From: Nitrospinaceae bacterium
Lineage (GTDB): Bacteria > Nitrospinota > Nitrospinia > Nitrospinales > Nitrospinaceae
Reading direction: 5' to 3'
Assembly (NCBI GenBank): GCA_965223665.1
Contig: OZ245011.1
Coordinates: 1,152,001 to 1,216,000, forward strand
Length of the DNA: 64,000 bases
Part shown: positions 56,592 through 64,000 of the stretch, one piece after another
How positions within the stretch are numbered: the first letter of the stretch is position 1
Layout: every line of letters begins with the position of its first letter
The notes under the pieces: model-generated
The model's database searches: none
Told to the model about the DNA's origin: nothing
What the model saw: the letters and a program-made list of their open reading frames with translations, nothing else
Program-made: the position numbers and the translations under genes

Positions 56592-58568
56592 ATGAAAATC
56601 CAGTCTATCCTTTCATTAATATTTCTAACATTCCTTTTCGTTCTATTTTCCACCCCATTAGGTTGGGCGGAGAAACCTGTGAATGTAACCAGTCTGCAGG
56701 ATGAAGAGCTCGAAACCTTATTAGATCTGGACATAGAAAGCCTGAAGGTTTTTGCCGCCTCTCGACGTGAACAAAAATTCCGGGATGCTCCGGGGATTGT
56801 GACCGTCATTACCGGGGAGGAAATCACCCGGTTTGGTGCTAATACGTTGCACGATGTTCTTTTTCGCCAGCCCAACACTTATGTGTATGGTTCTGTTAGC
56901 GTTCCCGATAATTTTGTTTCACTTCGCGGTGTGGCCGGATTAGGCGGACTGGCCAACCATACCCTCCTTCTGATTAATGGTCGTCCGGTAAGAAGCAGTC
57001 TCGATGGTGGACCGGGAATGCTTTTTTTTCACACCCTACCTGCGGAACTAATCGATCGAATAGAAATCATTCGAGGTCCTGGATCCGTACTTTATGGCAG
57101 TGGAGCTTTTGGCGGTACTATCAACATCGTTACTAAAGGGGCTTCCGAAGAAGAACGGCATTTATTCACTCAGGGTTACGGATCATTCAATACCTGGCAG
57201 ACCTCCGGATTCTTCAGCAAAATTATCAACGATTTTGAATTTGTGATTTCCGGAAAATATTTCGATACCAACGGTTGGAAATACCAAATGACCGATGCCA
57301 CAGGATTCAACGGCACCGTTAATCAAAATCGAGATCGTTATGGCATTTGGGGACAAATGAAATACAAAAGACTCACCGTATCCGCCTTTTTTGGTGATCG
57401 CAAAGAAACAGTTCCGGGAATTTCCGGTACCTGGCCACAGGATGAAAACCAGGATGAAACCGTATTTCTCGATATCCAATACGATCATCCCTTGTCTAAT
57501 AATTGGCGAATACAAACTAATATTACTTATAACGGAATTATCATTCCACCAAGCAGTTTAGACGTTGATCCCAAAAGCCGGCACCACGATTTTTTGTTTG
57601 AGGCTGATTTATTCGGATCGATGTTTGATGAAACAGTCAATATTGTCCTGGGCACCACTTATCAAAGCTTAAACGGCAAATTTATTCAGGTAGGAGTTCC
57701 CAGCAACTCTTACCATAACGATTGGTTCACATTTTATACTCAGGTGGATTACCAGCCCTGGGATTTCCTGACATTCATTGCCGGCGTCCAGGTCAACAAA
57801 ACTCCCAGTGTGGAAGAGAATTATTCGCCACGATTTGGAATCCTCTTTAACCCCGACCCACAATGGGGTGTAAAATTATTATATGGAAGGGCTTTTCGAT
57901 CTGCTTCTGGAATAGAGCAGGCCATCATTATTCCTGGTGCGTTGGTGGGCAATCCTCAATTAGGTCCCGAGAAAATCAATACCTTTGATGCCCAAATCTA
58001 TTACAACGCTCCAAGAGGCAATGCTTCCCTCACTTACTATAAAAGTAAACAAACCGATTCTGTGACGGTGGTTGCACCGGGCGGCATTCTTTCCTTTGCC
58101 AATGGCGGGGATGTTGATTTTTGGGGTCTGGAATTCGAGGGAAAACTGAATATATATTCCGGTTGGCAATTGATCGGCTCTGTCACTTATCAGGAAAACG
58201 AAGATTCTACTGGAGCTGAGGTCGGATTGATTCCAAACTTTATGGCCAAGGCCGGACTGTCTTACACTTCTCCCAGAGGTTATTCCCTGGGAATTTTTGA
58301 TACCTATTTTAGTAATGCCGTCTCGTTGCCGGGAACTTTAAATGTCAATCCCCCGGCAGATTCCTACAATTGGCTTTCCGCTAACTTTATTTTTGACGTG
58401 CCGCGATTAGCTAATAACTACGACTTCCCCGATATTAAACTGAGTCTCTATGCTGAAAACCTTTTAAACGAAGAAGTGTTCTTTCCGGAATGGATTAACC
58501 GAGTCGTTAACACCTTCCCCCTCCGCGGAGGTATTGCCGTGTATGGGAATGTGACTTTAAATTTCTAA
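56592..58568 (+). CDS. TonB-dependent receptor
   Basis: Signal peptide, LLDLDIESL N-terminus, IEIIRGPGSVLYGSGAFGGTINIVTK, C-terminal Phe. Confidence 0.92.
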   Translation: MKIQSILSLIFLTFLFVLFSTPLGWAEKPVNVTSLQDEELETLLDLDIESLKVFAASRREQKFRDAPGIVTVITGEEITRFGANTLHDVLFRQPNTYVYGSVSVPDNFVSLRGVAGLGGLANHTLLLINGRPVRSSLDGGPGMLFFHTLPAELIDRIEIIRGPGSVLYGSGAFGGTINIVTKGASEEERHLFTQGYGSFNTWQTSGFFSKIINDFEFVISGKYFDTNGWKYQMTDATGFNGTVNQNRDRYGIWGQMKYKRLTVSAFFGDRKETVPGISGTWPQDENQDETVFLDIQYDHPLSNNWRIQTNITYNGIIIPPSSLDVDPKSRHHDFLFEADLFGSMFDETVNIVLGTTYQSLNGKFIQVGVPSNSYHNDWFTFYTQVDYQPWDFLTFIAGVQVNKTPSVEENYSPRFGILFNPDPQWGVKLLYGRAFRSASGIEQAIIIPGALVGNPQLGPEKINTFDAQIYYNAPRGNASLTYYKSKQTDSVTVVAPGGILSFANGGDVDFWGLEFEGKLNIYSGWQLIGSVTYQENEDSTGAEVGLIPNFMAKAGLSYTSPRGYSLGIFDTYFSNAVSLPGTLNVNPPADSYNWLSANFIFDVPRLANNYDFPDIKLSLYAENLLNEEVFFPEWINRVVNTFPLRGGIAVYGNVTLNF

Positions 58569-58580
58569 AAACTTCTTTGA

Positions 58581-59675
58581 TTACCAAGCCCAGGAAACGG
58601 TAATGGAACCAAATTCGTCGAGCTCTTTTTGGTTATTGAATTCTTCGGTTCGAAAGACATTGGAGAAGGCAATTCGAAATTGCGAAATGACTAACACAAA
58701 ACCCAAATGAAGGTCCCCGACAAAATATTTTTTGTCGACACTGTGACTGGTAGCAAAAGTATTACCATCGAGAAAAATATTATGAATCACTGCCCTGCCC
58801 TCAAGTCCTGCGAACAAGTACCAACTCACTAAACGATCGCCTTCCCCGGGAATAAAAAAATCTGACCCCTGGGCACCGGGTCGAATGCGCGGAGGACCAT
58901 AATCTTTTGGAAGGTTCACTCCCAGGCGAAGGGTTGCCCCTGCAGAAAAATAATTCATTACATTTCCCGCAGCCGTACCGACACTGGGTAAAATATCCAG
59001 CTCTAACCCCTGCTTCCAGGGTTGAAGCTGCTCAAACAGCCACTTTAACTCCAGGTTAATTAAAATACCCGGCTCATTGTCCAACTGATTGTTCCATCCT
59101 CTTGGGCGAGGCGAGTCGATGATTTTATGCACCCGCAATTGAGCATCGTCTGCAAACGATAAAGGACCCACCACTCCAAGGTCAACTTCTAAAGACACGA
59201 AAGAAGCTCCATAACTTGTATTTTCCTGTTTCACCAACCCAATTCCAAAATATAGCCAACCTGCATAAGGCCTGTCATCGATAATTAAGCTCGGAGTGGT
59301 AATGTTTTCAGGAGTAAAAATATTTTGCCCGAGTATAAAGCTTACTCCCTTCGCGCCAAATCCTTCATCAGATATCATTCTATGGAACCAGCTTTTGGTA
59401 GGCTCAATTTCGAAATTGCTGCCCAACTCGTTACATTTGGACTTATTCGTAACCTTTTTCTTTAACTCTACATAAGACAGGCGGGTTCCGTGGGTGAAAT
59501 GTTTATCTGCACCCCCTCCAAAGAGATCATTCTCTAAAGTAACATTCAGTGCCCTTAGTTTTTCAAAACAGGGACCTGAGATTGGTTCAGCTTTCCCTTC
59601 ACTAACCATCCCCAAGGCTACTAAAAAAAAGATTCCTAAGTAGAGTAGGTTAAAAAAGTGAGCTTTTTTGAGCAC
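58581..59675 (-). CDS. Lipid A deacylase LpxR family (DUF2219) outer-membrane protein
   Basis: ENDLF...DKHFTHG, LGQNIFTP, DRPYAGWLY, GWNNQL, NIFLDGN. Confidence 0.85.
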   Translation of the reverse strand: MLKKAHFFNLLYLGIFFLVALGMVSEGKAEPISGPCFEKLRALNVTLENDLFGGGADKHFTHGTRLSYVELKKKVTNKSKCNELGSNFEIEPTKSWFHRMISDEGFGAKGVSFILGQNIFTPENITTPSLIIDDRPYAGWLYFGIGLVKQENTSYGASFVSLEVDLGVVGPLSFADDAQLRVHKIIDSPRPRGWNNQLDNEPGILINLELKWLFEQLQPWKQGLELDILPSVGTAAGNVMNYFSAGATLRLGVNLPKDYGPPRIRPGAQGSDFFIPGEGDRLVSWYLFAGLEGRAVIHNIFLDGNTFATSHSVDKKYFVGDLHLGFVLVISQFRIAFSNVFRTEEFNNQKELDEFGSITVSWAW

Positions 59676-60050
59676 TTAATCTCCTTTTACGGAATAGGAA
59701 AAATAAAAATAGAAAAACAATAGAAGTTAAGTATTTGAAAAAAATAGGACTTTTCAATCGTCCTTTCATGGGACCCGCCTATTTTAATTAAAAGCCCTTT
59801 CCGAGTCCAATATTTATCAATTGTCCGAAAACTTGTAAAAGTTTTTTACTCTACCCCCCCCAAGCAGAATATTATCAGTTCCAAAATACTTGAAAACAGA
59901 TAACCCTCGTAGCCCCATAAAAAATTATGGAAAATGTTTCTTTTATTTAGTCCAAAATTCCAAGATTTTTGAGTTTAATTCGATTTTATTCTTTTCTTAA
60001 AAGTGGAACCCCCTAAACCCCTTAATCCTCTTAATTTTAACGCTTTTTCA

Positions 60051-60079
60051 TTGACAACTCAGGGTGCATAGAGTAGTAT
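60051..60079 (+). promoter_or_regulatory. Putative sigma70 promoter of the nuo operon
   Basis: TTGACA-N17-TAGTAT. Confidence 0.6.
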
Positions 60080-60247
60080 CGCGCGTCACATTTTCCTGCA
60101 TTTTCCACGTCATAAACCGTGGAAATGATATTAAAGAAACAGTGGTTTTTAAATGAATTACAGGTTAGAATCCACTTTTTTCCAGGTTCGCAGAACCTGA
60201 TCACAAGCTTTTATTAAAACCTTCATGTAAGAGGCCATCAGGAAGTC

Positions 60248-60601
60248 ATGGAGTCGTACATAGGCGCAGCCATTTTGTTTTTTATAGCAGTCGCTATCGC
60301 TGTTGGGATGGTTGTGGGAACTTCCTTTCTCGGGCCCAAGCGTAAATTCGCAGATAAAATGGAACCGTTTGAATGTGGAGAAAGCCAAATCGTTTCTCCT
60401 TACCAGCGGTTTTCCGTAAAATTCTACTTAGTTGCCGTTCTGTTCATTCTTTTCGATATTGAAGCCGTTTTTTTGTTTCCCTGGGCCATTCTATATAAGC
60501 AATTGGGGTTATTTGGCCTCGTTGAAATGATTCTTTTCCTAATAATTTTAGGAGTAGGACTCATGTATGTTTGGATACGAGGCGGATTGGATTGGGAATA
60601 A
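60248..60601 (+). CDS. nuoA: NADH-quinone oxidoreductase subunit A
   Basis: KMEPFECG, FYLVAVLFILFDIEAVFLFPWA, GGLDWE. Confidence 0.95.
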   Translation: MESYIGAAILFFIAVAIAVGMVVGTSFLGPKRKFADKMEPFECGESQIVSPYQRFSVKFYLVAVLFILFDIEAVFLFPWAILYKQLGLFGLVEMILFLIILGVGLMYVWIRGGLDWE

Positions 60602-60611
60602 TATTCATAGT

Positions 60612-61097
60612 ATGAGTGAAACTTCATTAATAGATAAAGTAAAAGCAAAATTTGGGGATAAAGTCCTGGAGTCCCATGACTTTAGAGGAGACCAAACTGT
60701 TACCGTTGATAAAGAAATCGGGTTTGCGGTGGCCGAATTTCTCAAAGACGAACCCTCTTTGGACATGGATATATTAATGGACCTTACGGCCGTTGATTAT
60801 TTAAACAAAAAGCCCGTACGGTTTGAGGTGGTATATCATTATTATTCTTTAAAACATAACCACCGTCTTCGAGTAAAGATCCCCGTAGCTGAAGATGATT
60901 GTATAGTCGATTCTTTGGTTCCTTTATATAAATCATCGAATTGGTTTGAGCGGGAAGTATGGGACCTTTATGGAATTAAATTTAAAGGACACCCCAACTT
61001 AAAACGGATTCTATTATATGAGGGTTTTAAGGGACATCCTTTAAGGAAAGATTATCCCATTAATAAAAGGCAACCATTAATTGGACCTGTGAATTGA
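60612..61097 (+). CDS. nuoC: NADH-quinone oxidoreductase subunit C
   Basis: DLTAVDY, RFEVVYH, WFEREVWDLYGIKFKGHPNLKRIL, GHPLRKDYP. Start placed at ATG 60612. Confidence 0.93.
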   Translation: MSETSLIDKVKAKFGDKVLESHDFRGDQTVTVDKEIGFAVAEFLKDEPSLDMDILMDLTAVDYLNKKPVRFEVVYHYYSLKHNHRLRVKIPVAEDDCIVDSLVPLYKSSNWFEREVWDLYGIKFKGHPNLKRILLYEGFKGHPLRKDYPINKRQPLIGPVN

Positions 61098-61111
61098 GGT
61101 AGTGAAGTAAA

Positions 61112-62188
61112 ATGTGGGTTGATTTAGCCATCACCATGGCAAAAATTCTTTTTATCCTTGGCGTCACCGTCGGTTTTTTTGCCCCTATTCTTACCTGGGT
61201 GGAACGCAAACAAAGTGCGATCATGCAAGACCGCATAGGAGCGAACCGTGCCGATATTATGGGATTCACGGCTTTGGGACTGTTTCACATAATGGCGGAT
61301 GGCCTGAAAATGTTCACTAAAGAAGATTTCATTCCTGATGGCGCAAACAAATTTTTACATACCTTAAGTCCGATCATTGCCTTAATCCCGGCTATTCTTA
61401 CTTTTGCTGTTGTTCCCTTTGGTGGTGAATACAATTTATTTGGTAAAGAAGTCAATCTCGTAATTTCTGACTTAGATGTTGGGCTCTTGTTTGTTTTTGC
61501 CATTGCATCTCTGGCGACCTATGGATACGTGGTTGCAGGGTGGAGTTCAAACAATAACTGGTCCCTGTTAGGCTCCATGAGAACTGCTTCGCAGATGGTT
61601 TCTTACGAAGTGACCATGGGCCTTACCATTATTGGAGTTTTAATGGTTTATGGATCAATGCAGCTTACAACTATTGGTGCTGAACAAGAAACCTTTTGGC
61701 GATGGGGAATTTTTCTGCAACCTTTAGGCTTTTTGATGTTTCTGGCAGCTTCTATCGCAGAAAATAAGCGCATTCCTTTTGATGCTCCAGAAGCGGAGTC
61801 AGAGTTGGTTGCAGGATATTTTACAGAATATAGTGGTCTTAAATTTGGCATGTTTTTCATGGCCGAATTTATTGAAATGGTAACCATCGGTGCAATCGTT
61901 ACCATTTTATTTTTTGGTGCTTGGCATATTCCTTTTGTTACCACAAAAGACTTATTGGATGTATTTGACTTTTTAGGAACTACCGGCTCTAACCTGGTTG
62001 TCATGTTGATTCATGTAGGTGTGTTTTTCGGGAAGGTAGTTATTTTTATATGGGTGCAAATGACCATTCGGTGGACACTTCCACGATTTCGTTACGATCA
62101 GATAATGAAATTAGGATGGAAAATCCTGTTACCTCTTTCTTTGGCCAATGTTGTTGTGACTGGAATCGTCATTTTGGCCTTAAATTAA
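61112..62188 (+). CDS. nuoH: NADH-quinone oxidoreductase subunit H
   Basis: ERKQSAIMQDRIGANR, PFDAPEAESELVAGYFTEYSG, PRFRYDQ. Confidence 0.95.
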   Translation: MWVDLAITMAKILFILGVTVGFFAPILTWVERKQSAIMQDRIGANRADIMGFTALGLFHIMADGLKMFTKEDFIPDGANKFLHTLSPIIALIPAILTFAVVPFGGEYNLFGKEVNLVISDLDVGLLFVFAIASLATYGYVVAGWSSNNNWSLLGSMRTASQMVSYEVTMGLTIIGVLMVYGSMQLTTIGAEQETFWRWGIFLQPLGFLMFLAASIAENKRIPFDAPEAESELVAGYFTEYSGLKFGMFFMAEFIEMVTIGAIVTILFFGAWHIPFVTTKDLLDVFDFLGTTGSNLVVMLIHVGVFFGKVVIFIWVQMTIRWTLPRFRYDQIMKLGWKILLPLSLANVVVTGIVILALN

Positions 62189-62200
62189 AGGAGTTTTATT

Positions 62201-62770
62201 ATGGCTTACTACGTCAATCGCAATGTCAAAATGACGTGGTGGGAGCGACTATATATCCCTGAAATTTTTCGGGGAATGTGGATTACATCACGACATTTTT
62301 TTAAGAATTTATTAGGATTTGTTCCTTTTTTTCTCGGTAAAAAAAAGGACCGCGAAATTTTTACAGTTTACTATCCGGAAGAAACTGTTGAGTTTCCAAT
62401 TGCATATCGTGGCCGACCAGTTTTAGCGTTGAATGAGCACAACCGACCCAATTGTGTTGCCTGCGGATTATGCGAAATTGCTTGCCCGGCTTATTGTATC
62501 GATATCATACCGGGTGCAAACAGTGGAAAACAAAACGAAGTCGAAAGGTATCCTGAGGCATTTACCATTGATTATGCGGTTTGCATATTTTGTGGTTTTT
62601 GTGAAGAAGCCTGCCCGGAAGAAGCAATTTTCATGAGTAACAGTTATGACATTTCCATGCTTGACAGAAAAAAAATGAAATACGATATGGAGCAACTTCT
62701 TGTTCCTGTATCTGAATTAAAAGAACGAATGGAATTTTGTAGACAAATGTACGGAAAATGGAACTACTAG
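62201..62770 (+). CDS. nuoI: NADH-quinone oxidoreductase subunit I
   Basis: CVACGLCEIACP and CIFCGFCEEACP. Confidence 0.95.
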   Translation: MAYYVNRNVKMTWWERLYIPEIFRGMWITSRHFFKNLLGFVPFFLGKKKDREIFTVYYPEETVEFPIAYRGRPVLALNEHNRPNCVACGLCEIACPAYCIDIIPGANSGKQNEVERYPEAFTIDYAVCIFCGFCEEACPEEAIFMSNSYDISMLDRKKMKYDMEQLLVPVSELKERMEFCRQMYGKWNY

Positions 62771-63264
62771 TATTTTATCCCTTAGCTTTTTTATGCATTG
62801 TCATGGCTTTGTTAGTGGTATTTAACAACAGTCCCATTGGCTCAGCTGTGTCCTTAATTGCAATGATGCTTGGTTTGGCAGGTGTGTTTGTTGTGATGCA
62901 CGCTCATTTCCTCGCCATCCTTCAGGTCATAATTTATGCTGGGGCGATCATGGTTCTTTTTATGTTTGTCATCATGCTCCTGAACTTAAAAGGTGATGAT
63001 AAAGAATGGACAGCTAGGGAAGGGAATTTAACTTTATCCATTGCAGCCGGTTTATTAATGGTAACAGTTTTATATAAATTTATAGAAATTACCATGGACT
63101 CAGATTTCAATTCGCCGGCAAAAATTCCTGATGATTTTGGTACCACAGTTAAAGTGGGTACATCCTTATTTACAGATTTTGTGTTGCCGTTTGAGGTGGC
63201 TTCTATTCTTTTACTTGCAGCTATGGTCGGTGCAGTAGTGCTTGCTAAAACAAAATTGGATTAA
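62758..63264 (+). CDS. nuoJ: NADH-quinone oxidoreductase subunit J
   Basis: [38 protein letters not shown]. Confidence 0.95.
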   Translation: MELLVFYPLAFLCIVMALLVVFNNSPIGSAVSLIAMMLGLAGVFVVMHAHFLAILQVIIYAGAIMVLFMFVIMLLNLKGDDKEWTAREGNLTLSIAAGLLMVTVLYKFIEITMDSDFNSPAKIPDDFGTTVKVGTSLFTDFVLPFEVASILLLAAMVGAVVLAKTKLD

Positions 63265-63266
63265 AC

Positions 63267-63569
63267 ATGATTCCTCTTTCACATTATTTAATATTGAGCG
63301 CAATTTTATTTTCAATCGGGGTCTTAGGCGTTTTGATCCGTCGAAATGCAATTGTTGTGTTCATGTGTGTCGAGATCATGTTAAACGCCGTCAACATATC
63401 CTTAATTGCATTTGATAATTACCTCAATCAACACGACGGACAGATTTTTAGTTTCATGGTGATGTGTGTTGCAGCGGCAGAAGTTTCCGTTGGTTTAGCT
63501 ATCGTTATCGCTTTGTTCCGCAACAAACCAACAGTGAACTTAGATGAATTTAACCTGATGAAGTGGTAA
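63267..63569 (+). CDS. nuoK: NADH-quinone oxidoreductase subunit K
   Basis: [28 protein letters not shown]. Confidence 0.95.
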   Translation: MIPLSHYLILSAILFSIGVLGVLIRRNAIVVFMCVEIMLNAVNISLIAFDNYLNQHDGQIFSFMVMCVAAAEVSVGLAIVIALFRNKPTVNLDEFNLMKW

Positions 63570-63576
63570 AGAAAGA

Positions 63577-64000
63577 ATGAATTTTTTCGCAAACTTGGCT
63601 TTTCTGGTTCCGCTTTTTCCATTGTTGGGATCTATTATCAATGGATTTTTCGGACTCAAAATTGGAAAAAGAAATGTAAGCATCATTGCCTGCGGCGGAC
63701 CCATATTATCTTTCGTCGTGACTCTTATTTTATGGGTCATGCTGTTATTTCATCCGGAAGGAACCCCCTACCCTGAGCAAGTATTATTTACCTGGATCTC
63801 CGCTGGAGATTTTAACGTAGATTTTGGTTTTCAAATTGATCCTCTTTCCATGGTCATGATGATGGTGGTTACAGGCGTTGGTTCTGTAATCCACGTTTAC
63901 TCAATTGGCTATATGTATGAGGAATACAGCTACTACCGATACTTTGCCTATTTAAACCTCTTCCTCTTTTCAATGCTTCTTTTAGTCATGGGAAATAATT
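63577..64000 (+). CDS. nuoL: NADH-quinone oxidoreductase subunit L (partial, runs off window)
   Basis: Manual translation MNFFANLAFLVPLFPLLG...IDPLSMVMMMVVTGVGSVIHVYSIGYM...RYFAYLNLFLFSMLLLV. Confidence 0.93.
   Translation, partial: MNFFANLAFLVPLFPLLGSIINGFFGLKIGKRNVSIIACGGPILSFVVTLILWVMLLFHPEGTPYPEQVLFTWISAGDFNVDFGFQIDPLSMVMMMVVTGVGSVIHVYSIGYMYEEYSYYRYFAYLNLFLFSMLLLVMGNN

Noticed and set aside
60567-60611. ORF-track N-terminal extension of nuoC as a nuoB remnant
   Set aside because: It is mostly the alternative frame of the nuoA 3' end and has no NuoB motifs.

Overview
AT-rich bacterial chromosome segment, most likely from a Nitrospinota (Nitrospina-like) nitrite oxidizer. This rests on a 16S signature I recall as the Ntspn693 probe target, plus nirA-nirC and futalosine-pathway genes. 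Left to right: a truncated HYR-repeat surface protein and a secreted beta-helix protein; wbqC; a type IV minor-pilin cluster (fimT-pilV-pilX-pilW-like); two chemoreceptors; a secreted endonuclease I; a PAS-PAS-GGDEF gene divergent from a response regulator/HEAT/GT2 operon; GT4 and methyltransferases; nirA-nirC; cheB, cheX and cheY; mqnE and mqnP flanking a small ArfA-like gene; an MsbA-like ABC transporter; a desaturase/unknown/HTTM-DCC operon; a complete rRNA operon (16S, tRNA-Ile, tRNA-Ala, 23S, 5S); a hybrid histidine kinase and YfiR divergent from two TonB-dependent receptors (one frameshifted); LpxR; and the start of a complex I operon (nuoA-C-H-I-J-K-L) lacking nuoB and nuoD. No CRISPR array, transposase or integrase was recognised. 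Best leads: the ArfA-like gene with an in-frame 3' hairpin, the TBDR/YfiR/kinase signalling locus, the desaturase-HTTM-DCC operon, the nuoB/D-less operon and a CCUCCUCC-loop sRNA candidate. All family calls come from motif recognition by eye; no database searches were run.
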